64,000 bases of DNA from Candidatus Poribacteria bacterium (GTDB lineage: Bacteria > Poribacteria > WGA-4E > PCPOR2b). The notes below the pieces were generated by a model. The model did no database searches, was not told the origin of the DNA, and saw only the letters and a list, made by a program, of their open reading frames with translations. A program made the position numbers and the translations under genes. The stretch lies in NCBI GenBank assembly GCA_965215015.1, contig OZ244042.1, positions 896,001-960,000 on the forward strand, written 5' to 3'. Of this stretch, positions 50,144 through 60,724 are shown one piece after another (positions within the stretch are counted from its first letter, which is position 1; each line of letters starts with the position of its first letter).

Positions 50144-52120
50144 TTATTCGCCATAAAACACCCGATTCAACGCCTTATCCTCCGCACTGACACCAAAATC
50201 CTCGTCCTCTATCTCCGAAAGATTGACATACAATTGGTTCTTATCCAACAGTTCCACTAAGAGTTTTTTCTGCTTTTCCAACCCATTTTCGCCTTGACCG
50301 ATTTCGATGAAATTCGCTACCGCATCTTCCGGGGTTTTTGCGTTGACGTACCAGTTCAGGAATGAGCTTTCGGCGATGTTCCGCCAGAGTGCCACAAGCA
50401 CTTTGGAGGATTTTGCAGTTTGGATTTGATCCATGAAGGCTTGGTTGTATGGCATCAATTCACAATAGATGAAGTCACCGCCGCCCTGCCAGTTGACAGA
50501 TTCGGAGATGCCCCCGGTGTCGTATCCAATTTCTTTGATTAGCTTTCCTTCTACTTTAATTCTTTTGCCGACAACTTTTTTGAGCCTCTCTGTTGTGATA
50601 GTTTCCATGTAATCCATCTGTTCAACAGCTATCCATTGTCGGTTCATCTTGTGAGCAACTGCGGCGGTTGTACCGCTTCCGACGTGAAAATCTAAGACAA
50701 TATCCCCTTCTTCTGTTGTATATTCAATGATGCGCTCGATAAGTCCTTCATTCTTAGGATATGAAAACACCTTTTCTCCAAATAGTTCTACAATTTCATC
50801 CGTGCCTTTCCTGTTGACCATGCTTTTCAGTAATTCATCCATCGCTTGATTAAGAAAATCCGATGACACATAAGCCTTTTTTCCTTCATCTTCAGACTTA
50901 AAGACTCGCATGGCGGGGCGTTTCAGGGCATGAAAGCTATAATCGCCCGGGAAAACGATCTTTCCTTTTCTCAGATATTCATCTACTGAATCTTTAGTAA
51001 CACCCCAGCAACGATTCGGATTCACAGGAAATTCTTGTCCGTTCCGTGGATTTACTAATGTGAAATTTGAGTTGGGGCGTTCATAAATTGTGCGCTGAGT
51101 GGTCAGGTCAGTTAATCTCCATTCATCGTCAGGAAAATCGGGTGTCTTGTAATACCTCCTCTCAACAGTGCGTCCGAAAAGTGCATCTGTTTTCGATGCA
51201 CCTTTTGTATACATCAGCATCCAGTCGAAATCCTGTGATAGTTTATAAGGCACATCGCTTTTTCCACTCCGTGTCTTTCTCGGAACGGTCGCAATAAAGT
51301 CATCTCTGCCGAATATATCATCCGCCACAAGTTTCAAATAGTGCATTTCTTGGTCGCCAATGTGAATGAAGATTACCCCACCAATCTTCAGCAATCCTCG
51401 CGCTACTTCCAACCGATTCTTCATAAACGTTAACCATGTCGAATGATTGAAACTATCGTTATAGCCGAAACTATCACTCCCCGTGTTATACGGAGGGTCA
51501 ATGTAGATTAGTTTTACCTTGCCGCGAAACTGAGTTTTCAACGTGTGCAACGCCAGTAGGTTGTTCCCCTTGATGAGCAGGTTTTCCCGAATTACGCCGT
51601 TGTCAACCCGCTTGATCTCCTTCACCTTCTGCTCACCGTCAACCGTGTAGCGTTTCCAACGGGTCAACACTTTTGGATCAAAAAGACAATTAATCTCATC
51701 CTGCGCTAGGATTTCATTGAAAAATATCTCTTTGCGCTTCTCCTCCTCCTGCGTCTGTCCGCCCTCCAGCACACAATCTTTATAGGGCCAAACCAAAGAC
51801 ACCTCACCGCGTTCCTGTAGAAATTTATCGCTGATGTTCAAGCCAATTCTGTTGCGGAAGCGGGTGTAGGAGTTGGCGAGAAAATTTTTGTCGGAAACGT
51901 ATTCGATGAAAGTGTTAGTATTGAAGATGTAGTGTCCTTCGATCTCGTCAAAGAATTTTGCCTTTATATTGGGGTCCCCGATTAGCAATCTCACGAGGTC
52001 ATGGTCAATCTTCCACGCCCGATCTATCACCGCCGCTTTGACCAGTTCGCCTTCGTGGTCAACAAAACGGGGGTCGGTTTTGAGGAGACTGATTAGCTTT
52101 TCGTGAAAGTGTTTTAGCAT
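50144..52120 (-). CDS. mod: Type III R-M methyltransferase (Mod), copy 2
   Basis: LIYIDPPYN (motif IV) precedes VLDFHVGSGTT (motif I); GNNLLAL. Confidence 0.93.
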   Translation of the reverse strand: MLKHFHEKLISLLKTDPRFVDHEGELVKAAVIDRAWKIDHDLVRLLIGDPNIKAKFFDEIEGHYIFNTNTFIEYVSDKNFLANSYTRFRNRIGLNISDKFLQERGEVSLVWPYKDCVLEGGQTQEEEKRKEIFFNEILAQDEINCLFDPKVLTRWKRYTVDGEQKVKEIKRVDNGVIRENLLIKGNNLLALHTLKTQFRGKVKLIYIDPPYNTGSDSFGYNDSFNHSTWLTFMKNRLEVARGLLKIGGVIFIHIGDQEMHYLKLVADDIFGRDDFIATVPRKTRSGKSDVPYKLSQDFDWMLMYTKGASKTDALFGRTVERRYYKTPDFPDDEWRLTDLTTQRTIYERPNSNFTLVNPRNGQEFPVNPNRCWGVTKDSVDEYLRKGKIVFPGDYSFHALKRPAMRVFKSEDEGKKAYVSSDFLNQAMDELLKSMVNRKGTDEIVELFGEKVFSYPKNEGLIERIIEYTTEEGDIVLDFHVGSGTTAAVAHKMNRQWIAVEQMDYMETITTERLKKVVGKRIKVEGKLIKEIGYDTGGISESVNWQGGGDFIYCELMPYNQAFMDQIQTAKSSKVLVALWRNIAESSFLNWYVNAKTPEDAVANFIEIGQGENGLEKQKKLLVELLDKNQLYVNLSEIEDEDFGVSAEDKALNRVFYGE

Positions 52121-52130
52121 GTTGGGGGCC

Positions 52131-52391
52131 TTACGGATTTTCCATAAACATATCTGTCAGATGGTGATGACTATTGAACGATCCAAACAAACGGGCTCCT
52201 TCGGGTAAATTGGTGGACCAGGGTTTGTAATTATTTTTTATCCACCGATAGACGGATCGATTGCCTATCCCTTTGCGCGCAAACAGCAAGGCGAGGGTAA
52301 CGACCTCAGAGGGATAGAGATTGACTTTTGTATGTTTTTGGTTTTTGCCGTGTTTTGTGAATTTATCATCAACACGATAGAACAATTGCAT
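52131..52391 (-). mobile_element. Transposase N-terminal remnant (IS982-like, tentative)
   Basis: LFYRVDD..KH..LYPSEVVTLALLFA.KG.GNR..YRW..LPE..RLF pattern; truncated before any DDE domain. Confidence 0.6.
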
Positions 52392-52573
52392 GTAAAATCT
52401 ACAGAGGTCATGAGTTTGGCTTTCCTCCCGTTAATTGAGAGTTGACAAGGCACGAATCTCCGATAAGGTTGGGAAGTATTCACGGGGACACCCATCAAAA
52501 CCTACTTATGTGCACCCCTGGATTAAACTTATTGGTTATTATTTAAGGTTGAAAATTTCTAATGGGTTGAAAC

Positions 52574-54544
52574 TTATTCACCATAAAACGCCTGATTCAA
52601 CACCTTATTCTCCGCACTAACACCAAAATCCGCATCGTCTATCTCCGAAAGATTGACATACAACTGGTTCTTATCCAGCAGCTCCGCCAGCAGCTTTTTC
52701 TGCTTTTCCAACCCGTTTTCGCTCGTACCGATTTCGATGAAATTCGCTACCGCATCTTCCGGGGTTTCTGCGTTGACGTACCAGTTCAGGAATGAGCTTT
52801 CGGCGATGTCGCGCCAGAGTAGCACGAGGACTTGGGAAGATTTTGCGGCTTGGATTTTGTCCATAAAGGCTTGGTTGTATGGCATCAGTTCGCAATAGAT
52901 GAAGTCCCCCTTATTGTTTTGCTCAATGACCTTTTTGATGCGCTCCCTCGTCACAGCTTCAATGTAATGCATTTGCTCGCAAATAATAAATTTTCGGTTG
53001 CCCCCGTCTTTATTTAGTTCCGACACTGCATGGGCAGTTGTGCCACTCCCACCGAAAAAATCTAAGACAATAGCGTTTTTATCATTGGCCACCACCGAAT
53101 ACAAACAGTCATAGACATTCCAAAGTGACTTTGGAAAAGCGAAATCACAGTCGGGAACGAGTGACTTTACAATTTGCGTTCCGTAGATGTTGGCATCGTA
53201 TCTGCTATCTTCCCAAACGGTGCGATACACGCCAAAATCTTTTCCTATCTCAATTTCATAACCTGTTTTTGTCTTTTTGGCTCTGAGTAAATGCCTGACT
53301 GAATCTACACTTTGCCGTGCATATCTCCATTTGCGTTCAATCATATTCGGATCAATTGGATACACAAAATCTTGTTTCCCTTGTGGGGTCGTTTGAGCGA
53401 AAGGATGTTCATTGCTATCAAGGACCTCCCCAAACCCAACCACCTCGCCCTTCTCTACAATAATCGGATAAAAGCAATTTTTGGCATTTTCGCGCCTGGA
53501 TTCTCCGCCCCAATTTCTGAAGTTGGACCAAGTAACCTGTTCAGGGGGAATCTTTCTATCACCAATAACCTTTTTCCCTCGTGGAATAACAAAAAGCGCG
53601 TACTCGTGAGTATATGAGAAATTTGTCCCCTGAACGCCGCGGGGGTTGTGCACAATTGTAATACAGTGGATTTCATATTCACTAAATAGCTCTTTGAGCA
53701 GGACACCCAGATATGCCTGTTCATTTTCGTCAATGGCTATGATGAGGGCACCGTCTTTAGTCAGTAATTCTTTCGCCACTTCTAACCGATTCTTGATAAA
53801 AGTCAACCAAGATGAATGATTGAAATTATTATTGTAGGCAAAAGTATTCGACGGACTATCAGGGTTATACGGAGGGTCAATGTAAATCAGTTTGACCTTT
53901 CCGCGAAACTGAGTTTTCAACGTGTGCAACGCCAGTAGGTTGTTCCCCTTGATGAGCAGGTTTTCCCGAATTACGCCGTTGTCAGCCCGCTTGATCTCCT
54001 TCACCTTCTGCTCACCGTCAACCGTGTAGCGTTTCCAACGGGTCAACACTTTTGGATTAAAAAGACAATCAATCTCATCCTGCGCTAGGATTTCATTGAA
54101 AAATATCTCTTTGCGCTTCTCCTCCTCCTGCGTCTGTCCGCCCTCCAGCACACAATCTTTATAGGGCCAAACCAGAGACACCTCGCCCCGCTCTGGCAGA
54201 AATTTATTTTCGATGTTCAGACCGATTTTGTTACGGAAGCGGGTGTAAGAATCGGCAAGGAAATTTTTGTCGGAGATGTATTCGATGAAGGTGTTGGTAT
54301 TGAAAATCCAGTGTCCTTCGATCTCATCAAAAAATTTTGCCTTTATATTGGGGTCCCCGATTAGCAATCTCACGAGGTCATGGTCAATCTTCCACGCCCG
54401 ATCTATCACCGCCGCTTTGACCAGTTCGCCCTCGTGGTCAACAAAACGGGGGTCGGTTTTGAGGAGATTGATTAGTTTTTCGTGAAAGTGTTTTGGCATG
54501 TCTGGGGGCCTTGCGGTAATGTTAAGGTCTGCATTGAACTCCAT
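52574..54544 (-). CDS. mod: Type III R-M methyltransferase (Mod), copy 1 (alternative start 54499)
   Basis: LIYIDPPYN and VLDFFGGSGTT; N- and C-termini near-identical to copy 2. Confidence 0.93.
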   Translation of the reverse strand: MEFNADLNITARPPDMPKHFHEKLINLLKTDPRFVDHEGELVKAAVIDRAWKIDHDLVRLLIGDPNIKAKFFDEIEGHWIFNTNTFIEYISDKNFLADSYTRFRNKIGLNIENKFLPERGEVSLVWPYKDCVLEGGQTQEEEKRKEIFFNEILAQDEIDCLFNPKVLTRWKRYTVDGEQKVKEIKRADNGVIRENLLIKGNNLLALHTLKTQFRGKVKLIYIDPPYNPDSPSNTFAYNNNFNHSSWLTFIKNRLEVAKELLTKDGALIIAIDENEQAYLGVLLKELFSEYEIHCITIVHNPRGVQGTNFSYTHEYALFVIPRGKKVIGDRKIPPEQVTWSNFRNWGGESRRENAKNCFYPIIVEKGEVVGFGEVLDSNEHPFAQTTPQGKQDFVYPIDPNMIERKWRYARQSVDSVRHLLRAKKTKTGYEIEIGKDFGVYRTVWEDSRYDANIYGTQIVKSLVPDCDFAFPKSLWNVYDCLYSVVANDKNAIVLDFFGGSGTTAHAVSELNKDGGNRKFIICEQMHYIEAVTRERIKKVIEQNNKGDFIYCELMPYNQAFMDKIQAAKSSQVLVLLWRDIAESSFLNWYVNAETPEDAVANFIEIGTSENGLEKQKKLLAELLDKNQLYVNLSEIDDADFGVSAENKVLNQAFYGE

Positions 54545-54660
54545 AGGGCATCAACGCGGCTATTTAGTCCTCTTACTTCAGGCTTTCGTATAATGTCAAC
54601 ACGCCCTAGATAGCTGAAGGGTGCTCATAATTATTGTCTGAATCCGGAGACTCAGGATTG

Positions 54661-54781
54661 GGTCATGTTAAAAAATCGTGCAAGAGTCATCATGGGTCCC
54701 CCCAATAAACATTGCGCGACCTTTTCTGGTGTTGGCGTTGAGCGTTCAACGGCGTCACTCCTATTTCTTTTAACATGAACT
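54661..54781. mobile_element. Small MITE-like element with terminal inverted repeats
   Basis: TCATGTTAAAA ... TTTTAACATGA ends; internal AACATTGCGCGACnTTTTCTGGTGTTGGC also found at ~62043. Confidence 0.45.
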
Positions 54782-55031
54782 AACCTACTTGGCCCCCCTC
54801 AGATAGCTCGTAGGTCGATTCTATACTCGACATCTAAAACTACACATGTCGCCCCTCTGGGGCTTTTTGTCGATTCATTAGTGAGTGTTGGGTTTCACTC
54901 TTGCTATCCCTAAAACCGTGTTTTTGAAAGGTAGAAACTTTACTGCCTTTGACAGCGAGATACTTTCAACCATTCAACCCAACCTAAATCGGCACAACAG
55001 TTACGGCATACGGAGTATGCCTACTACTTTT

Positions 55032-57602
55032 TCATAGTACAGACTCGAGGCTTTGGCTGAACTGTCTTTCATCTTTGTTACTATAGAATGGCACACCTAT
55101 CAGCCTGTATGTTTGTATTCTGCTTTGTGTCTTAAATTCCAGAACTTCCTCGGAGAATTTTTCTTTAATCTTTTCTAAGAAGTCTGCTTTCCATTTTTCG
55201 TGCGCTTGCAGATGCTTTCCCTTGGGTTCAATAAATATCTGGCGGACCAGGGTGTTTCCGTTTTTCTCACGCAGAAACAGGACAAAATCGGGCTCAAACG
55301 CCTGTCCGTCGTCAAAGTTGTAAATTTTGAAATGCCTTTCGTTACGGATTAGATATATCCCGTCGTATTTCTCCTTTAGCTCGTCTATCTGGGCATCAAG
55401 CATTCGGACAAAATCCTTTTCCTCACTGGTGCCGTAGTTGGCATTAAATACGTACCACTCTCTATCGGAGACCAACTGCTCGTCACCGTCTGCCCTTTTG
55501 CTGTCTTTATCCAATTTAAGGATTTTATCGGTGAAGATTGAATTGACATTGGTTGGCTCAAACGTTTCTGTGCCCCTGTATCCCGTTATATTTTGACGCA
55601 ATTCAGATGCAATTTGGTCAAGAAGGCCCGTCATCGCAGCGAGGTAAGTTTCATTCGATAAAAGGTATCTATCATCGCCTTGAAAGGTGATTGAAAATCC
55701 GCCGAGATACTCATCCGCTTCAATGAATTGGCGGACAGATTTAACGTGAGGAAAATAGGTTTTCAAGGATTTGAAAGCGAAAAAAGGATTTCGTGCAATA
55801 GCAGTTCTGACGACATGAAGCGGTATATCCCTCATCGGAATATTCCTCTGGCCCGCCTCCACAATCTGTTGAACAGTACCACTGTCAGCCAGAACCGCCT
55901 CAGAAACTCCCTTGCCGGTGGCGAGTGAGTAGTGGTAACTCTTTGACGACACGCCGATATCGGCAAATGAACGGACATATTCATTTCTGTTCTTAACCCG
56001 TTCATTGATGTAGACGATTCCCCGTTTGTAAAAATCGGTTTCCTTAAACGCCCTTTTCAGTTTAAGCGTTTTTTCGACCGTCCGCTCGTCAAGCATCCCT
56101 TCGTCAATTAAGGCGGTACGAATCTCAGAGATATAGCGGGAATCGTTGATACTGTGATAGTGCAGCTCCTCCAAGACTCGTAGTTCCGCTGTCAGGTTTT
56201 TATCGAATTTTCGGCGGTATTGGTCAGGATTTTCGGCGGTAATAAAGGGGAAATAACGCGCGCCACGTCCGATTAACTGTGCTTCTGCAACGGTCGTTTT
56301 GCCCGGTTTCCCTGCCTTTGCGTCGCGGGTAGTGTAGCATCGAACAATATCGAATAGATTCAGGACATCCCAACCTTCGTTGAGCTTCTGGACAGCAAAG
56401 ATAGCGCGGATGCGGTTGTCAGAATCTTCAAGGGTGTTAAGCAATATCTGCTGATTTTCTTTTTCTACCTCCTCATTGACAGAAATACAACGGTTCTCCT
56501 CAAATTCCCTTCGTAGTCGTTCTGCCAATTGGTTGGGAGTGATGTGGTTTTCGTCAAAAAAAGTGAATACCCTTTTTACCAAGGGCAGATTTGACTTATC
56601 CCGAATCCGCCCAATATCCTCTGCCGAAAGGTTCTCAACGATATTGTGAAAACATTCCTTGTTTTCTTTGGATTGGGCAATTGTCCGTTGCGCTTTGAAC
56701 AGGACGACCGGTTTCAAGTTGATACGGTGTTTGGCAGCGACTTCCTGTTTATATTGGTTGAGAATCAGTGCCAGTATGATTCGGTCCTTTTCTTCAAAAT
56801 CCGCTTGAACGATATAGACATCTTTGGAATAGCCATGATTGCGGAATTGCTGCAGGTCATACTTATATAATACCTTGTTGCGGTATTTATCGACAAGGCT
56901 GCCGTGGGTGTAATCGAGGGTGGCGGTAAATTCAAGCAGCAGATTGTCTTCATTTTGGCCAAAAATGCGCTCCACCGTATTTTCCCAGCTTACTAGTAAC
57001 TCCCGTCCGGCTTTTGTACTGGTATTGATATGGTGTGCCTCATCAGATAGCAGTACAATCTTTTTGTCTCTAAAATCTTCGTACGTTAAGGTATTCTCTT
57101 TCTGCGTCGTCAGATCGGAATGTAGCTTTTGGATGGTGGTGAAACAGATATTGATGTCATTGTCGTTGACGCCTTCAAAATTGGGAACCGGCGTTACAGC
57201 AATGCGAATCGATCCGAAGCGGATAGTCTCGTTGAAAAGGTATTTGGAAGACAGGGGATTGAGGAAATTGTCCTTTGTCTTTTCGATGATATTGTTGGAG
57301 TTCACGAAGAAAAGGAAATTTCGATAGCCTTTTTTGTAAAGGTAGAGAATCAAGCCTGCCATGATGAGCGTTTTGCCGCTGCCGGTTGCCATATTGAATA
57401 GCAGATGCAGACGCGCTTCCCTGCCCGGAAAGTCATTGTTAAAACAGAGGAAAAAGCGCGCGAAGGCTTCTTCCTGATATGGTCGGAGTCCAAACTTGGG
57501 ATTCAGGTTATCTTTGAGATAATCGGGAATTTCGGTATTTTGGATGGTGCGCCATCCAAATTCCTCTAATATCGTATCGTACAAAAACCGTTCAACTATC
57601 AT
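55032..57602 (-). CDS. res: Type III restriction enzyme Res subunit (SF2 helicase + PD-(D/E)xK nuclease)
   Basis: MATGSGKT, DEAHH, LEFTAT, LNEGWDV, QLIGRGAR, FEPDF..FIEPKG. Confidence 0.93.
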   Translation of the reverse strand: MIVERFLYDTILEEFGWRTIQNTEIPDYLKDNLNPKFGLRPYQEEAFARFFLCFNNDFPGREARLHLLFNMATGSGKTLIMAGLILYLYKKGYRNFLFFVNSNNIIEKTKDNFLNPLSSKYLFNETIRFGSIRIAVTPVPNFEGVNDNDINICFTTIQKLHSDLTTQKENTLTYEDFRDKKIVLLSDEAHHINTSTKAGRELLVSWENTVERIFGQNEDNLLLEFTATLDYTHGSLVDKYRNKVLYKYDLQQFRNHGYSKDVYIVQADFEEKDRIILALILNQYKQEVAAKHRINLKPVVLFKAQRTIAQSKENKECFHNIVENLSAEDIGRIRDKSNLPLVKRVFTFFDENHITPNQLAERLRREFEENRCISVNEEVEKENQQILLNTLEDSDNRIRAIFAVQKLNEGWDVLNLFDIVRCYTTRDAKAGKPGKTTVAEAQLIGRGARYFPFITAENPDQYRRKFDKNLTAELRVLEELHYHSINDSRYISEIRTALIDEGMLDERTVEKTLKLKRAFKETDFYKRGIVYINERVKNRNEYVRSFADIGVSSKSYHYSLATGKGVSEAVLADSGTVQQIVEAGQRNIPMRDIPLHVVRTAIARNPFFAFKSLKTYFPHVKSVRQFIEADEYLGGFSITFQGDDRYLLSNETYLAAMTGLLDQIASELRQNITGYRGTETFEPTNVNSIFTDKILKLDKDSKRADGDEQLVSDREWYVFNANYGTSEEKDFVRMLDAQIDELKEKYDGIYLIRNERHFKIYNFDDGQAFEPDFVLFLREKNGNTLVRQIFIEPKGKHLQAHEKWKADFLEKIKEKFSEEVLEFKTQSRIQTYRLIGVPFYSNKDERQFSQSLESVL

Positions 57603-57711
57603 ACATCTCCCCCGATTTCATCGGGATTTCGCCTCAGCTCAACCTGCCAATCCTGCTTAGCTCATAGGAGTTACACACTTCAGTTTGTAGTCGCCCGTTC
57701 ATTGCGCCTCT

Positions 57712-58461
57712 TTACAGATTATCAATAAATTCGCGGCTTTTCAAAGTGCGCTCGGTATGATAGGATATAAAATTTGAAAGAACAAATTTAAGCTCCCTGT
57801 GGTTGAGATCGGAGGCACGAAAGCGGTGTAGATAGGAAAAATCGAATTTTTGTAGCTGTTTCATCAGCTCACAACTCCCGCGTGAAATCGATCGCGTCGT
57901 TGCGTCTTGTCTCTCACAATTTGCACACAGCAATCCCCCAAGGCGTGGATTAAAATTCACCGTTGTACCATGGAACCCCTCCGCACAAGCGACGCATCGC
58001 GAGAGTTGGGGCGCGTAGCCAGCTAGTCCCAGAAATTGGAGTTCAAACGCACGCGCTAATAACGGAACATCTTCGGTCTGTGCCAGCGTCTCCAATGCAT
58101 ATTGCAGCAGATGAAAGACGCTTTGGTCCGCCACCTGCCCTGCCAACTCTGTGGCATCAATCAACTCCGCGAAATAACAACCGTAAGTGGTACGGTCAAA
58201 GTCCGCTTTGACTGCATCAAAGCTGTCAACCAATTCAAAGTCTTCAACCCTGTAGAGGTCTTTATTCGGGTATTCAAAGAACACAAGGTTGCCGTAGTTG
58301 AAAAGTTCGAGGCTGCCGCCGAAACGGCTCTTTGGTCTCCTACTACCGTGCGCCACCGCGCTGACCTTGCCGAACTCAACGGTGTAGAACCGGATAATCT
58401 TGTGCACTTCGCCGAGTGGATGTGAGCGAATGACAATTGCCTGCGTTTTTTGAGTTGGCAT
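57712..58461 (-). CDS. recO: DNA repair protein RecO
   Basis: GKVSAVAHGSRRPKSRFGGSLELF; AFELQFL..GYAPQL; CxxC..CxxC zinc motif. Confidence 0.93.
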   Translation of the reverse strand: MPTQKTQAIVIRSHPLGEVHKIIRFYTVEFGKVSAVAHGSRRPKSRFGGSLELFNYGNLVFFEYPNKDLYRVEDFELVDSFDAVKADFDRTTYGCYFAELIDATELAGQVADQSVFHLLQYALETLAQTEDVPLLARAFELQFLGLAGYAPQLSRCVACAEGFHGTTVNFNPRLGGLLCANCERQDATTRSISRGSCELMKQLQKFDFSYLHRFRASDLNHRELKFVLSNFISYHTERTLKSREFIDNL

Positions 58462-58473
58462 TTCCCCTCCATA

Positions 58474-58540
58474 ATAAAATGGGACAATGGCGCGATGAAT
58501 TTATTGTTGCCTTATTTCATCGTTCCATTGTCCCATAAAA
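58474..58540 (-). terminator. Long hairpin between the tRNA genes and recO
   Basis: ATGGGACAATGG..CGATGAA / TTCATCG..CCATTGTCCCAT followed by TTTATT on the minus strand. Confidence 0.6.
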
Positions 58541-58545
58541 ATAAT

Positions 58546-58618
58546 TAGGGCAAAAGAATTTGAACCGCCGACCTTTCCGATTCATCGGAACGCACTAATC
58601 GGACTGCGTTACGCCTTT
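58546..58618 (-). pseudogene. Degenerate tandem copy of tRNA-Pro with the anticodon arm replaced by TTCCGATGAATCGGAA
   Basis: GGCGTAACGCAGTCCGATTAGTGCG...AGGTCGGCGGTTCAAATTCTTTTGCCC aligns with the neighbouring tRNA. Confidence 0.7.
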
Positions 58619-58650
58619 CCCCAATGTCCGTTGATCCATCTGAGTAAATA

Positions 58651-58725
<75 letters not shown>

Positions 58726-58874
58726 ACTATAGCAAAGCGACGTGTGATTTTATCATACACCGCAGAATCTGTCAAGCCCGCTTTTTCTATTTTTGGGACT
58801 ATTTAGTTTGCGGTTTTCTTCCTGTCTAAGGCGGGATTGGGAAATCCCGCCTACAGGAGCACTAAATCCCCCTT

Positions 58875-60149
58875 CTATTTTTTCGACGTATCTTCCAGGC
58901 GTTGAATTTGGATACGATGGATACGGCGTTCATCCGCCTCTAATATTGTGAACGCCAACCCTTGGTACGAGAATTGGTTGTCCTGCTCAGGCACTCTTCC
59001 CAGATGGTCGAAAATGAATCCACCGATTGTGTCTGCATTCTCCGATTCGATCTGTGTCTCTAGCTGTTCATTGAGATCAATAAGACTCATCCGTGCATCA
59101 ACCGAATAGATATTTTTAGTGAGGGCAATGAATTCCTCTTGCTCGTCAAAATCGTACTCATCTTGGATTTCCCCAACAATCTCCTCAATAATATCTTCGA
59201 GTGTCACGATTCCTGCTGTGCCCCCGTACTCATCGACAACGATTGCCATGTGCTGCTTATTTGCCCGCAGTTCTTGGAAGAGGTCGGAGATTTTTTTACT
59301 CTCTGGCGTGAAGAAAGGCGGTCGCTCTGTGGCAATTGATTTCAGATCGAGGGGCTGATCTTTTGCCCAACCGTCTAACATATCTTTGACATGAAGAAGA
59401 CCGATAATGCGGTCAATTTGCTCTTCGTACACAGGAATACGCGAATGCCGAGACTCGATTGCAATTTGAAGCACGACCTCTTTCGGGGAAGAGACGTCAA
59501 GGCACGTCATATCTGTTCGGGGAACCATAATCTCGCGGGCAACCTTATCGGGAAGGTCAAGGATGCGCGAAATCATTTCTCGTTCCTCCTCCTCCAAGAT
59601 TTCTTGGCTGTTCCCGACATTTTCCAATGCTTCAAGGTCTTCCGGCGAGACACTGCTATCCTGTTCGGTTCGGGCTTGTCCACCCAGAATCCGAATGCCA
59701 AGATGGCTCAGCCAGGTTAACGGCTTAATGAGAGGATATAGGGTCCAATAGACAACGTGCACAAAACGGAGAGCAGAGATTGTTGAGTTTTCAGAGCTGC
59801 CCTGTACATAATTTTTCGGGATGAGCTCTGTTACAACAATAATAAGGAGGATCGCAAGGAGGGCACCAATTATTCGATCTCTCAGAGAATCAAAATCGAA
59901 CAGGGAGAGCAGCAAGACGACAATACTAACAATTAATACGCTCTTGGCGACGATAATCGTTGCAGAAGATCTCTGTGGGGAGCGCAGTAGAGAGGTTAAA
60001 AGCTCATGCTGCGGGCCCCCAGTTTCCGCGATATTCAGTATTTCGTTCCGGCTAAGCCTGTTGATAAGTACCTCCACGACGGAGAACAACCCCGCGAAGA
60101 TTGACAAAACAACCAAGCTAACCAGCTTAATTATGTCTATATCGTCCAA
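58875..60149 (-). CDS. HlyC/CorC family protein (CNNM TM domain, CBS pair, CorC domain)
   Basis: ELIPK, IMVPR, HSRIPVY, VVDEYGGTAGIVTLEDIIEEIVGEIQDE, DTIGGF. Confidence 0.93.
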   Translation of the reverse strand: MDDIDIIKLVSLVVLSIFAGLFSVVEVLINRLSRNEILNIAETGGPQHELLTSLLRSPQRSSATIIVAKSVLIVSIVVLLLSLFDFDSLRDRIIGALLAILLIIVVTELIPKNYVQGSSENSTISALRFVHVVYWTLYPLIKPLTWLSHLGIRILGGQARTEQDSSVSPEDLEALENVGNSQEILEEEEREMISRILDLPDKVAREIMVPRTDMTCLDVSSPKEVVLQIAIESRHSRIPVYEEQIDRIIGLLHVKDMLDGWAKDQPLDLKSIATERPPFFTPESKKISDLFQELRANKQHMAIVVDEYGGTAGIVTLEDIIEEIVGEIQDEYDFDEQEEFIALTKNIYSVDARMSLIDLNEQLETQIESENADTIGGFIFDHLGRVPEQDNQFSYQGLAFTILEADERRIHRIQIQRLEDTSKK

Positions 60150-60244
60150 ACGTGGGATTACACCCCCAAGGTAGAACTAGTCAACCAGAGTCTGCGAAAA
60201 TCTATAACCTAAGTTACGTTATAGTTCATCATAAAAATAAAAAA

Positions 60245-60676
60245 TTAGGTGCTAATCAAACGAAGCAGTGTCTCTTGTTTTTCAAACATGATTTCCGCTT
60301 CCTCTGGGGTTTGATGATCATAACCGAGAAGATGAAGCGTGCCGTGTACACTCAATATGGCAAGCTCAATATCGAGTGAATGCCCATGGACGATCGATTG
60401 GCACTGGGCTGTTGGAACGGATATGACCAAATCACCAAGCAGTTGAGGATTCAAATTACCACCGATGCCTTCTCGCATCGCAAAGGCGAGTACATCAGTG
60501 GGTCTATCAATGTGGCGATATTGTTGGTTAAGCCCCTGAATCTCGGCATCATCCGTCAGAAGAATGCTCACTTCACAATCAACAGAATCGTGAACCTTTA
60601 GCGTGATCAACGCCGCATTATAAATAACCGCTTCATCAAAGTCAATATTTTGACATTTGTTGCTAATGAGTACCAT
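60245..60676 (-). CDS. ybeY: rRNA maturation endoribonuclease YbeY
   Basis: [30 protein letters not shown]. Confidence 0.95.
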   Translation of the reverse strand: MVLISNKCQNIDFDEAVIYNAALITLKVHDSVDCEVSILLTDDAEIQGLNQQYRHIDRPTDVLAFAMREGIGGNLNPQLLGDLVISVPTAQCQSIVHGHSLDIELAILSVHGTLHLLGYDHQTPEEAEIMFEKQETLLRLIST

Positions 60677-60724
60677 CGGCAGTCGCCGTTACACCAGGCG
60701 ATTGATTCTGTTTGCACATCAAAG

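Noticed and set aside
50144-54544. Simple-sequence-repeat phase variation of the mod genes
   Set aside because: No tandem repeat tract seen in either gene, and both frames are intact.
58546-58618. attR of an element integrated at tRNA-Pro
   Set aside because: The copy is full length, only ~30 bp from the tRNA, and has no intervening element or integrase.
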